From Bacteroidales bacterium (GTDB lineage Bacteria > Bacteroidota > Bacteroidia > Bacteroidales > P3), in assembly GCA_017517715.1 (NCBI GenBank), contig JAFWYO010000137.1:6018-70017 (forward strand): a stretch of DNA of 64,000 nucleotides. The letters run 5' to 3'. This document shows, piece after piece, positions 28,042-37,021 of the stretch (positions within the stretch are counted from its first letter, which is position 1; the number at the start of each line of letters is the position of its first letter). The position numbers and the translations under genes were made by a program. The notes beneath the pieces are model-generated. The model was not told where the DNA came from. It was given only the letters and a program-made list of their open reading frames with translations, and searched no databases.

Positions 28042-29049
28042 ATGAAATCAATATCAATCATTGGAGCCGGTCCTGCCGGTATCGAGGCTGCCTCGGTGCT
28101 TGCCAAACAGGGAATGCCGGTGAATCTTTTTGAAAAATCTTCATCGCCTTTGAAAAATATTGCCGACAAGGCTTTTCTGTTCCCTAATTTTGCTGCGGCG
28201 AGCGACATTGTTGACTTGATGAACAAAAAGCTGCTGAATCAGAACATCACACTTCATCACGATACTGATATCGTCAAGATGCAGCGCGAAGGGGAGGCGT
28301 GGAAAATCGTCGACGGCAAGGGTAATGCATACTATAGCGATTACGTGCTTATGGCCACCGGATACACTCCTTTCGATGCCCACCGCAAGGAGGAGTTGGG
28401 CTATGGTATTTACAATGGCATAGTGACTTCGCTCGAGATGGAGAAGATGATTCGCTACAATCAGATTGTCAATTCGCTAGGCGAGAAACCGAAACGTGTA
28501 GTATTCTTGCAGTGTGTAGGTTCGCGCGATGAAAAGTCGGGCAATCACTATTGCTCCAAGGTCTGCTGTGTTACTGCCGTGAAACAGGCCATCGAGCTGA
28601 AACGCCAGTTGCCTGATACGGAAGCCTATATATTCTATATGGATCTTCGTATGTGGGGCCAGCATTTTGAGGAGATGTACCGTGAGTCGCAGCAGAAATA
28701 TGGTGTTCGGTATGTTCGTGGACGTATTTCGGAGGCTTCGGGCACTTTCGATGGAAGGGTGCAAGTAAAGGCAGAAGACACGTTGATGGGTTTGCCTCTT
28801 AAAATGACCACAGACCTGCTTGTGCTGATGGTGGGTATGGAGGCGTCGGAAGGTACCAAGTGCCTCGCCAAATCGTGCGGGATATGTGGCGAATACGGCT
28901 TCGCAAAGTCTGTCGACCCGCATCTGGGCGACTGTTTGACAGAGCAGAAAGGCCTGTTCGTTTGCGGCGCCTGCAAACGCCCGATGTCGATAAACGATGC
29001 CGTAAACGACGGACGTGCAGCCGCGGTGGCCATAATGGAATCGGAGTAA
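28042..29049 (+). CDS. HdrA-like FAD-dependent oxidoreductase (short form)
   Basis: IIGAGPAGIEAA dinucleotide fold, plus the HdrA hallmark CVGSRDEKSGNHYCSKVCC. Confidence 0.75.
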   Translation: MKSISIIGAGPAGIEAASVLAKQGMPVNLFEKSSSPLKNIADKAFLFPNFAAASDIVDLMNKKLLNQNITLHHDTDIVKMQREGEAWKIVDGKGNAYYSDYVLMATGYTPFDAHRKEELGYGIYNGIVTSLEMEKMIRYNQIVNSLGEKPKRVVFLQCVGSRDEKSGNHYCSKVCCVTAVKQAIELKRQLPDTEAYIFYMDLRMWGQHFEEMYRESQQKYGVRYVRGRISEASGTFDGRVQVKAEDTLMGLPLKMTTDLLVLMVGMEASEGTKCLAKSCGICGEYGFAKSVDPHLGDCLTEQKGLFVCGACKRPMSINDAVNDGRAAAVAIMESE

Positions 29050-29058
29050 GACCTTATC

Positions 29059-29229
29059 CTACCATACCCAGTTGTTTTCGCTATAACTGGCAGCCTGGTT
29101 GAGGTTTTCGTCGGTGTCGCTGGTGAGCAATCCGCAGACAAAAAGGGTAGAGAACACGCTTGCATCGAATCCTCGTTCTACTTTGAATGTCACAACCGTA
29201 AGTGTTGGGGCAATATATTCTTGTTTCAT
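29059..29229 (-). CDS. Candidate small protein (56 aa), unknown function
   Basis: Sequence from the internal ATG is MKQEYIAPTLTVVTFKVERGFDASVFSTLFVCGLLTSDTDENLNQAASYSENNWVW. It starts 17 nt after the mazG stop on the same strand, and its composition looks host-like. Confidence 0.35.
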   Translation of the reverse strand: MKQEYIAPTLTVVTFKVERGFDASVFSTLFVCGLLTSDTDENLNQAASYSENNWVW

Positions 29230-29245
29230 AATTGTTATGTTGGCG

Positions 29246-30049
29246 TTAGTGGGTGGTGGTGGTTTTGGCTTCGTTCCAATACTTCTGCATTTCCTCAAGG
29301 CTCAGTTCTTGGATATTGCGGCCTTGTTTGTGGGCTTCCGATTCGACATACTTGAATCTTTCGGCAAATTTGCGGTTGGTGCGGGCCAGTGCGTCGTCGG
29401 CATTGATGTTTTCGAAGCGAGCCCATTTGACGATGGCAAACAGCAGGTCGCCCAGCTCCTCTTCGGCATAATGTCGGGCAGTATCCCCTTCGGAGTGGTA
29501 TTTGCCCAAGGCATCGATAAATTCACCATATTCTTCGTCGACTTTGGCGATAGCCATTTCCCTGTTTGGGAATTCGAAACCCAGTCCTGCGGCTTTTTCC
29601 TGCAGCCTGATGGCTTTGATGAGCGACGGCAGGGAACTGGGTACACCTTCCAGGGCCGACCGCCTTCCCTCTTTCATCTTCACCTGCTCCCATTTCGGCG
29701 TCTCCTGCTGGCGGGCAGGCTGCATCACGCCGTCGCGATCGGGAAGCGCAATGTGCGGATGACGCGAAATCAGCTTGCTGCAAATGCTGTCAATCACATC
29801 GTTGAGGGCGAAATGGCCTTCGTCGTCGGCAATTTTGGAATAGAACATCAAATGCATAAACAGGTCGCCAAGCTCTTTGCGCATCTCGTCGTAGTTGGCT
29901 TTGGTTATGGCCTCTGAGAGTTCGTAAACCTCTTCAATGGTCAGATATCGCAGGCTGTCGATAGTCTGCACGCTGTCCCACGGGCATTCTTTCCTCAGAA
30001 TGTCCAAAATGCTGCTCAACCATTGGAGTGATTTCTGTTCTTCTGTCAT
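29246..30049 (-). CDS. mazG: Nucleoside triphosphate pyrophosphohydrolase
   Basis: KECPWD, EEVYEL and two tandem MazG-type EExxE motifs. Length is 267 aa. Confidence 0.88.
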   Translation of the reverse strand: MTEEQKSLQWLSSILDILRKECPWDSVQTIDSLRYLTIEEVYELSEAITKANYDEMRKELGDLFMHLMFYSKIADDEGHFALNDVIDSICSKLISRHPHIALPDRDGVMQPARQQETPKWEQVKMKEGRRSALEGVPSSLPSLIKAIRLQEKAAGLGFEFPNREMAIAKVDEEYGEFIDALGKYHSEGDTARHYAEEELGDLLFAIVKWARFENINADDALARTNRKFAERFKYVESEAHKQGRNIQELSLEEMQKYWNEAKTTTTH

Positions 30050-30068
30050 TGCGTTAGTTATGAATTGG

Positions 30069-32336
30069 TTATACTCTTTGCACCTGTTCCACTCCTTCTA
30101 TGGCCCTGATGCTTTCAATCAGTTGGTCCAGTCGGCTGAGGTTGTGGACATAGAGCATAATAAGTCCGTGGACAACACCTTCTGATGTTTCGAGTGTTAT
30201 GGCACGCATATTCAGGTTCATATCCTCGCTGATGATGCGCGTCAGTTGCTGCAGCAGTCCCTTGCGGTCGATGGCGGTTATGGTGATGCCTGTCAGGAAC
30301 GCAATCTTTTCGCCCGGACGCCAGCGCACGCGTACTATGCGGTCTTCGTGTGTCGACATTTCGTGGATGGCCGTAGGACAGTTCGTGCGGTGAACCATAA
30401 TCTTGTCGTTGCTGACGATGCCTACCACTCTGTCGCCTTGCACAGGCTTGCAGCACGGTGCGGGTTGGGTGTCGAAACTGTCGTATTTGGAGTCGGCGAG
30501 GAATGGCGAGGTGGTGATGGATTTTTGGCGGATATCCTTGGCGGAATTCTGCTGGTTTTTTCCGTCAAACAATTCTTGATAGGGCTGCAGGAATATCAGT
30601 TGCGGTTTCGACTTGCTCAGGTGGAAACATTGTTTCAGAGCATCTTCGTTGATGCTTCCTGTGGCTATGCGATAGTAGAGCTCAATGTCGCTGTCCAGGT
30701 TGAAGAACAGGCGCAGGCGTGCTGTGCGTTCGGGCGTAATGCTGATGTGCGATTTCTTCAGGAAGTCTTTGAGCATCTGTTCGCCCTTGTCGAAATATTG
30801 TTTCTTTTCGTTGCGCAGATAGTCTTTGATATGGTCTTTGGCTCTTTGGGTTTGTGCATTGTTGAGCCATTCCTCGTTGGGCACAGTTTTTTTCGAGGTC
30901 AGTATTTGAACCTGTTCGCCGCTATGCAGCCTGTAGCCTATCGGGACCACACGGGCGTTGACTTTGGCGCCGATGCAGTGGTCGCCCAATTCGGAGTGTA
31001 TGGCATAGGCAAAGTCCAGTACGGTGCTGCGCGACGGCAGTTTTATGGTTTCTCCTTTGGGCGTGAAGATGTATATTTCTTTGGTGTAGAGGGTTTCCTT
31101 GAATTCTTCCACCAGGTCGAGGGCGTTCTTGTTTGGGTCCTCCAGCGAACTGCGTATCTGTCCCAGCCATTGTTCGACGGGCGACTGTTGGATGGGCTCG
31201 TCGGGGTGTGCCTCCTTGTACAGGAAATGTGCCGCCATACCCTTTTCGGCTATCTGGTCCATACGCGTGGTGCGTATCTGCACCTCCACCCAGCGGCCGA
31301 TGGGACTCATCACCGTGGTGTGGAGCGACTCGTAGCCGTTGTTTTTGGGCGTTGTGATCCAGTCGCGGAAGCGTGTCGGTTGCGGTCGGAACAGGCCGGT
31401 AATGAGGGCATAAACCTTGAAGCACTCCTCTTTTTCTATCTTGTGCAGCTCCTCTTCGGGCATCGTTTCGCTGCCGGGGATGTCAAGGATGATGCGCATA
31501 GCGTAAAGGTCGAAAATCTCGTCAAACTGAACCCCCTTGTTCTGCATCTTTTTCCAGCACGAATAGACCGATTTGACGCGAGTCTTTATGTTGTAGTGGA
31601 AATCGTTCTTGTCCAGCAACTCGCGGATGGGTGCCGTGAAGCACTGTTTCAGTTTTATTTCTGTTCCGCTGGTTTTCTTTATTTTCTCCTCAATCTCGGC
31701 GTATTTGTCGGGATTGTTGTATTGCATCACCAGGTCGTCGAGTTCGGTCTTTATGTTGTAAAGTCCCAGCCGGTGCGCCAAAGGAATGTAAAGATACTGT
31801 GTTTCCGACGATATGGCCAGTTTCTTGGTGTCTTTCATCGACCCCAATGTGCGCATATTGTGAAGCCGGTCGCACAGTTTGAGGAAAATAACGTAGGCGT
31901 CGTCGCACATAGCCAACAATATCTTGCGGTAATTTTCGGCCTGCGAAGAGAAATCGTCATTCTGCTCGGCAATCATCGACGCTTTGTCGATCTTGGTCAC
32001 GCCGTCGACAATGCGGGCCACGCGGTCGCCAAACACGGCGCGTAGCGTCTCCAGCGTGATGTCGGTGTCTTCTACCACATCGTGCAGCAATGCGCACACC
32101 ACCGCAATCGGCCCCAGTCCAACCTCCTCGACAGCGATTTGTGCCACTGCCAGAGGGTGGAAGATGTACAGTTCGCCGCTTTTGCGCCGGGTGTCGCTAT
32201 GGGCATTGCTGGCTATGGTGAAAGCGCGGAAAATATTGTCTTCATCCTCGGTTGTCAACTGCTGGTTGGCCTTGCAGGTTGCTACTAGTTCGTCGTATTT
32301 CTGTTTTACAAGAAGTTCTTCCGGTATTTCGTCCAT
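30069..32336 (-). CDS. Bifunctional (p)ppGpp synthetase/hydrolase, RelA/SpoT family
   Basis: HD domain (LLHDVVEDT), synthetase region (YESLHTTV), and TGS and ACT-like C-terminal domains. Length is 755 aa. Confidence 0.9.
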   Translation of the reverse strand: MDEIPEELLVKQKYDELVATCKANQQLTTEDEDNIFRAFTIASNAHSDTRRKSGELYIFHPLAVAQIAVEEVGLGPIAVVCALLHDVVEDTDITLETLRAVFGDRVARIVDGVTKIDKASMIAEQNDDFSSQAENYRKILLAMCDDAYVIFLKLCDRLHNMRTLGSMKDTKKLAISSETQYLYIPLAHRLGLYNIKTELDDLVMQYNNPDKYAEIEEKIKKTSGTEIKLKQCFTAPIRELLDKNDFHYNIKTRVKSVYSCWKKMQNKGVQFDEIFDLYAMRIILDIPGSETMPEEELHKIEKEECFKVYALITGLFRPQPTRFRDWITTPKNNGYESLHTTVMSPIGRWVEVQIRTTRMDQIAEKGMAAHFLYKEAHPDEPIQQSPVEQWLGQIRSSLEDPNKNALDLVEEFKETLYTKEIYIFTPKGETIKLPSRSTVLDFAYAIHSELGDHCIGAKVNARVVPIGYRLHSGEQVQILTSKKTVPNEEWLNNAQTQRAKDHIKDYLRNEKKQYFDKGEQMLKDFLKKSHISITPERTARLRLFFNLDSDIELYYRIATGSINEDALKQCFHLSKSKPQLIFLQPYQELFDGKNQQNSAKDIRQKSITTSPFLADSKYDSFDTQPAPCCKPVQGDRVVGIVSNDKIMVHRTNCPTAIHEMSTHEDRIVRVRWRPGEKIAFLTGITITAIDRKGLLQQLTRIISEDMNLNMRAITLETSEGVVHGLIMLYVHNLSRLDQLIESIRAIEGVEQVQRV

Positions 32337-32372
32337 ATTGTAATGTGGTGATAAATGTTTGTTTTATGGTGA

Positions 32373-32957
32373 TTAAAAAATAATCCAAGCCCCAAATAGC
32401 GCAGCCAGATTGAGGCTTAGGCCAATGGTGTAGTAGGCCCTATGGTCGACATACACCCTGCTCAGCGAAATGCTCCACCAGGCAAACCGGCCTCCGTTGG
32501 CATTGTAGTTGGCGCCCAAACGGGCGCCTATTTCGAAGCCTACGGGGTTGGCAAAAAACTGTTCCAGCCCCTGCGCGTATGCCACGCCGCCAAACAGTTG
32601 CCAGTCGGTCCTGACAATACCGGCAAGCGGCCTCACAACAAGGCCGCCTGTCAGCATATAATGTGAATAATTAAGCGCTCCGCTTGCATATCCGCCCATT
32701 CTGTAGGGCACGTATGAAAAATTTAGACCCAATTTCGTAGAGTTGTTTCTCTGAAAGACTGTCAAGCCCTCAAAGAAGAAACTGCTGTATTCGATGTCGC
32801 CTTTCGCCGCCTTTTGCAGGTGGTGCAGTGACTGACTCACTCCGACCGACGATTCGTATTGCAATTCGTCGCTGCTGCTTACCACCTCGTCGTTGTTCTG
32901 TGCTCGTACGGAAGTCAGCAGAAAAACAAGCGATATGCAAAGTAAAAAGCGTTTCAT
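32373..32957 (-). CDS. Hypothetical secreted/outer-membrane protein
   Basis: Signal peptide MKRFLLCISLVFLLTSVRAQ. The body is Gly/Tyr-rich and beta-strand-like. Confidence 0.55.
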   Translation of the reverse strand: MKRFLLCISLVFLLTSVRAQNNDEVVSSSDELQYESSVGVSQSLHHLQKAAKGDIEYSSFFFEGLTVFQRNNSTKLGLNFSYVPYRMGGYASGALNYSHYMLTGGLVVRPLAGIVRTDWQLFGGVAYAQGLEQFFANPVGFEIGARLGANYNANGGRFAWWSISLSRVYVDHRAYYTIGLSLNLAALFGAWIIF

Positions 32958-32961
32958 TGGC

Positions 32962-33987
32962 CTATTCTTTCGTCTCCGACAAAGCCTGGCGGATATTGCT
33001 CTCCAGTTCGTCGCTCAGCTCCGGATCGTCGCGCAGCAGCATCTTGACGGCTTCGCGGCCCTGAGCCAGCTTGCTCTCGCCATAGCTGAACCACGAGCCG
33101 CTCTTCTTGATGACGCCGGTCTCGACGCCAAGGTCCACAATTTCGCCATATTTCGAGATGCCTTCGCCAAACATCAGGTCGAACTCACACACGCGGAACG
33201 GAGGCGCCACCTTGTTCTTCACCACCTTCACCTTCACACGGTTGCCGATGTTCTGGTCGCCGTCCTTGATGGCCTGTATGCGGCGAATGTCGAGGCGCAC
33301 CGAAGCGTAGAACTTCAGCGCGTTGCCGCCCGTCGTCGTCTCGGGGTTGCCGAACATCACGCCGATTTTCTCGCGCAGCTGGTTGATGAAGATGCAGCAG
33401 CAGCCCGTCTTGCTGATGGTCGACGTCATCTTGCGCAGGGCCTGCGACATCAGGCGGGCGTGCAGACCCACCTTCGAGTCGCCCATCTCGCCGTCGATTT
33501 CGGCCTTGGGCGTCAGGGCCGCCACCGAGTCGATGACGATGATGTCGATGGCACCCGAGCGTATCAGGTTGTCGGCAATTTCAAGGGCCTGCTCGCCGTT
33601 GTCGGGCTGCGACACCAGCAGGTTGTCGATGTCCACACCCAGCTTGCGGGCATATACCGGGTCGAAAGCGTGCTCGGCATCGATAAAAGCAGCAATGCCG
33701 CCCTTCTTCTGGCTCTCGGCGATGGCGTGGATGGCCAGCGTCGTCTTACCCGACGATTCGGGGCCGTAGATTTCGATGATTCTTCCCTTCGGAAAACCAC
33801 CGATGCCCAGCGCCGCGTCCAGGCTTATCGAGCCCGTCGAAATGGCCTCGTAGGTCTCGTCTGGACGGTCGCCCAGCTTCATAATCGAACCCTTGCCATA
33901 GCTCTTCTCGATTTTGTCCAGCGTACTCTGCAGTATTTTCAGTTTCTCCAGTTTCGATGCTTCTGCATCATTCATTTCTTTTGCCAT
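32962..33987 (-). CDS. recA: Recombinase A
   Basis: [11 protein letters not shown] Walker A and the [22 protein letters not shown] motif. I preferred the ATG at 33987 (MAKEMND) over the upstream TTG. A TAAATTTG box lies on the minus strand at 34044-34051. Confidence 0.92.
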   Translation of the reverse strand: MAKEMNDAEASKLEKLKILQSTLDKIEKSYGKGSIMKLGDRPDETYEAISTGSISLDAALGIGGFPKGRIIEIYGPESSGKTTLAIHAIAESQKKGGIAAFIDAEHAFDPVYARKLGVDIDNLLVSQPDNGEQALEIADNLIRSGAIDIIVIDSVAALTPKAEIDGEMGDSKVGLHARLMSQALRKMTSTISKTGCCCIFINQLREKIGVMFGNPETTTGGNALKFYASVRLDIRRIQAIKDGDQNIGNRVKVKVVKNKVAPPFRVCEFDLMFGEGISKYGEIVDLGVETGVIKKSGSWFSYGESKLAQGREAVKMLLRDDPELSDELESNIRQALSETKE

Positions 33988-34113
33988 AATTATCAAAATG
34001 TTATATGTTGTTATAAATTTATTTTTGCAGATTTTGCAATCTACAAATTTACATATTTTTTTTAAAATCGACTAAAGCTTTCAAAAAAATATTACCATTC
34101 CAAAAAAAATTCG

Positions 34114-34121
34114 TACTTTTG
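34114..34121 (+). promoter_or_regulatory. -7 box TACTTTTG upstream of the aminotransferase gene
   Basis: Matches TAnnTTTG 26 nt upstream of the ATG at 34147. Confidence 0.45.
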
Positions 34122-34146
34122 CAAATTCATTCAAACAATCAAAACT

Positions 34147-35349
34147 ATGGAAATCTTATCAAACCGCATTCTAAATATGGCCGAGTCCGAGACTCTGGCT
34201 ATGACCGCAAAAGCACGCGAACTCAAGGCCCAGGGCAAAGACGTTATCAGCCTCAGCATCGGCGAGCCCGATTTCAACACCCCCGAGGTGGTCAAAGAGG
34301 CCGCAAAGAAAGCCATCGACGACAACTTCACCCACTATCCCCCCGTGCCCGGCTATCCCGACCTGCGCGAAGCCGTATGCGAGAAGTTCCGCCGCGACAA
34401 CGGCCTCGAATTCAAGCCCGAACAGATCGTCGTCAGCACCGGCGCCAAGCAGAGCCTATTCCAGGTGGTGCAGTGCCTCATCAACCCCGGCGACGAGGTT
34501 ATCATCCCCACACCATTCTGGGTCAGCTACAAGGAGTTCGTCCGCCTGGCCGAAGGCAAATGCGTCTTCGTCAAGACCAAGCTCGAGAACGACTTCAAGG
34601 TGACCCCCGAGCAGCTCGAAGCCGCCATCACACCGCGCACCAAGCTCATAATGTTCTCCTCGCCCAGCAACCCCACCGGTATGCTCTACACCAAAGAGGA
34701 GCTGCGCGGCATCGCCCAGGTCGTCGCACGCCACGAAAACCTCTTCGTCCTGGCCGACGAAATCTATGAGCACATCAACTTCGTCGGCAAGCACGAGTCG
34801 ATAGCCCAGTTCCCCGAAGTCCGCGACCGCGTCATCACCGTCAACGGCGTCGCCAAAGGCTTCGCAATGACCGGCTGGCGCATCGGCTTCATCGCCGCCC
34901 CCACCGTCATCGCCAAAGCCGCCAACAAGCTGCAGGGCCAGGTGACCAGCGCCACCTGCTCCATTGCCCAGAAGGCCACCGTCTGCGCTATGCTGATGGA
35001 CCCCAAGACCTCGAAAGACATTATCGATATGCGCAACACCTTCCAGCGTCGCCGCGACCTGGTCTACAAGCTCCTCTGCGAAATACCGGGCCTCAAAGTA
35101 CGCCTGCCGCAGGGTGCCTTCTACTTCTTCCCCGATGTCAGCTCCTACTATGGCAAGTCCTTCAATGGCAAAAAGATAGAAAACAGCACCGATATGGCTT
35201 TCTATCTCCTCAACGAGGCCAACGTAGCCACCGTGATGGGCTCCGCCTTCGGCGACGACACCTGCATCCGCCTCAGCTACGCCACCAGCGAAGACCTCCT
35301 TGTCGAAGCCATCCGCCGCATCAAAGAGGCCCTGGCCAAGCTGCAGTAA
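34147..35349 (+). CDS. Class I/II pyridoxal-phosphate aminotransferase (aspartate aminotransferase-like)
   Basis: SNPTGM, and the NGVAKGFAMTGWRIG PLP-lysine region. Length is 400 aa. Confidence 0.85.
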   Translation: MEILSNRILNMAESETLAMTAKARELKAQGKDVISLSIGEPDFNTPEVVKEAAKKAIDDNFTHYPPVPGYPDLREAVCEKFRRDNGLEFKPEQIVVSTGAKQSLFQVVQCLINPGDEVIIPTPFWVSYKEFVRLAEGKCVFVKTKLENDFKVTPEQLEAAITPRTKLIMFSSPSNPTGMLYTKEELRGIAQVVARHENLFVLADEIYEHINFVGKHESIAQFPEVRDRVITVNGVAKGFAMTGWRIGFIAAPTVIAKAANKLQGQVTSATCSIAQKATVCAMLMDPKTSKDIIDMRNTFQRRRDLVYKLLCEIPGLKVRLPQGAFYFFPDVSSYYGKSFNGKKIENSTDMAFYLLNEANVATVMGSAFGDDTCIRLSYATSEDLLVEAIRRIKEALAKLQ

Positions 35350-35370
35350 TATACTACACAACAAAAATCA

Positions 35371-35407
35371 AAACCCCGAAACCCTATTGTAGTTTCGGGG
35401 TTTTTGT
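35371..35407 (+). terminator. Rho-independent terminator after the aminotransferase gene
   Basis: AAACCCCGAAAC / GTTTCGGGGTTT stem followed by a T-run. Confidence 0.75.
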
Positions 35408-35432
35408 TTGATTTGTTTTAGTTCTATTTTAA

Positions 35433-35608
35433 CCCGTCGCGGCGGATCTGCGATCCGACGCTTAATAATATAACGATTTTCAATCCGCAGCACAATAAAA
35501 CGCTTGCAACAGCGTTAATGTTGGCGGATTGAAAATCCTGATACTAAGCAGTATCGGATTGCAAATCCGATACAACACACGCAAAAAAAGGACATCCGCC
35601 GCGTCGGG
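35433..35608 (+). repeat. Cassette-boundary element, copy 1 (full length, about 176 bp)
   Basis: Terminal inverted repeats are CCCGTCGCGGCGGAT and ATCCGCCGCGTCGGG. Nested internal stems are GATTTTCAATCCGC/GCGGATTGAAAATC, AACGCT/AGCGTT, GATACT/AGTATC and GTATCGGATT/AATCCGATAC. Confidence 0.9.
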
Positions 35609-35699
35609 AGTCTGGATCATATAATGAATCCAGAGCACAACTCAAAGTATGCAGAAAGGATGAGAACTGTTTTCGGGACTAACAAAGCACGTAGTAACT

Positions 35700-36392
35700 A
35701 TGAAAAAAATAAAATTGAAAAACAGGCGCGGTATATTATGTATTAACACTGTGTTAGCTATTAGTTTTGCACTATTATCGTGCAATAATAATGGAAATTG
35801 TTCTTCGTTTCCAGACTTGGAATTACATAACGAAACAGTGAATGATTTCAAGGTCAAATTTCTCATTCCGAGAAACTACACGAAAAATCTGCGTGATGAA
35901 CGGTCCCGGTTGGCTTTTTATATTGACAGGACAATGATGGACGACGGTTCTCTAATCTTTTTCTCAAACGATGAGCCTAGATCCTATTTTGCAATAATGT
36001 CTTGCAATTTTAAGGACGACCCCTATAGGTATTCCGATTATATGAAAGGAGGTGAGCTCTATTTGGATTCAATTTTGACTATCCAGCAACTATCCAATGA
36101 CAAAGATTGGACCTCCAGAATGCCCTTAATACAAAAAAAGAAAGATAAGAACGGTCATCCAATAACTGTCGCACAATACATTACACGATATATGGATTCT
36201 GACACTATCTGGGGTTTCCCTAATATAAGCGTAGGAGCGGTTGAAAAAGATTCTGTCGAAGCCATTTTCGATTTTACAACAATTATTGGAACAAATATCA
36301 TTGAGTGTTACTACTATTCGCTTGATTCGTATGATAATTTCTCCTACGAGCGATACTTGAAAATGTTAGAATCGATAGCAGTTTCCAAATAA
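35700..36392 (+). CDS. Cassette 1: hypothetical lipoprotein (AT-rich)
   Basis: 230 aa with lipobox-like FALLSCNNNG. I recognise no family. Confidence 0.6.
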   Translation: MKKIKLKNRRGILCINTVLAISFALLSCNNNGNCSSFPDLELHNETVNDFKVKFLIPRNYTKNLRDERSRLAFYIDRTMMDDGSLIFFSNDEPRSYFAIMSCNFKDDPYRYSDYMKGGELYLDSILTIQQLSNDKDWTSRMPLIQKKKDKNGHPITVAQYITRYMDSDTIWGFPNISVGAVEKDSVEAIFDFTTIIGTNIIECYYYSLDSYDNFSYERYLKMLESIAVSK

Positions 36393-36432
36393 TTAATCCG
36401 TTGCTGCAGATGTTGGGTGTTCGCATCGATTA

Positions 36433-36609
36433 CCCGACGCGGTGGATCTGCGATCCGACGCTGGTTAATATAAGGATTTTCAGTCCGCAGCACAATAAAA
36501 CACTTGCAACAGCGTTAATGTTGGCGGATTGAAAATCCTGATACTAAGCAGTATCGGATTGCAAATCCGATACAACACACGCAAAAAAAAGAACATCTGC
36601 CGCGTCGGG
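36433..36609 (+). repeat. Cassette-boundary element, copy 2 (full length)
   Basis: Near-identical to copy 1. The arm substitutions (GGTGGAT / ATCTGCC) keep pairing as G-T wobbles. Confidence 0.9.
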
Positions 36610-36629
36610 AATAAACGAATAATTATAGG

Positions 36630-36827
36630 ATGATAATTGCAAATTATATAGGTGGTTTTTTCCGCTGGCTTCTTAGAGGGTGTCGGACAAGATTGGATGA
36701 CGAATTGCATTGCAAAAATGGATGGCTCGACAACATTCCAATACTAAACATATATGAGAATGCAATCCTTGCTATGCTGTTTGTTGCCATAGTAATTGTT
36801 GCATTGTTTGTTTTTGGGATTTTATAG
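36630..36827 (+). CDS. Cassette 2: small hydrophobic protein (65 aa)
   Basis: C-terminal TM helix AILAMLFVAIVIVALFVFGIL. It starts 21 nt after repeat copy 2. Confidence 0.45.
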   Translation: MIIANYIGGFFRWLLRGCRTRLDDELHCKNGWLDNIPILNIYENAILAMLFVAIVIVALFVFGIL

Positions 36828-36983
36828 ATCCGACGCTTAATAATATAACGATTTTCAGTCCGCAGCACAATAAAACACTTGCAACAGCGTTAATGTTGGC
36901 GGATTGAAAATCCTGATACTAAGCAGTATCGGATTGCAAATCCGATACAACATACAAAAAAAACGAACATCCGCCGCGTCGGG
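36827..36983 (+). repeat. Cassette-boundary element, copy 3 (lacks the 5' terminal arm)
   Basis: Starts at GATCCGACGC, overlapping the cassette 2 stop codon. The rest is collinear with copies 1 and 2 through ATCCGCCGCGTCGGG. Confidence 0.9.
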
Positions 36984-37021
36984 AGTTAAAATCACAAGAA
37001 GTCTACTGAAAAAAATCTGAA

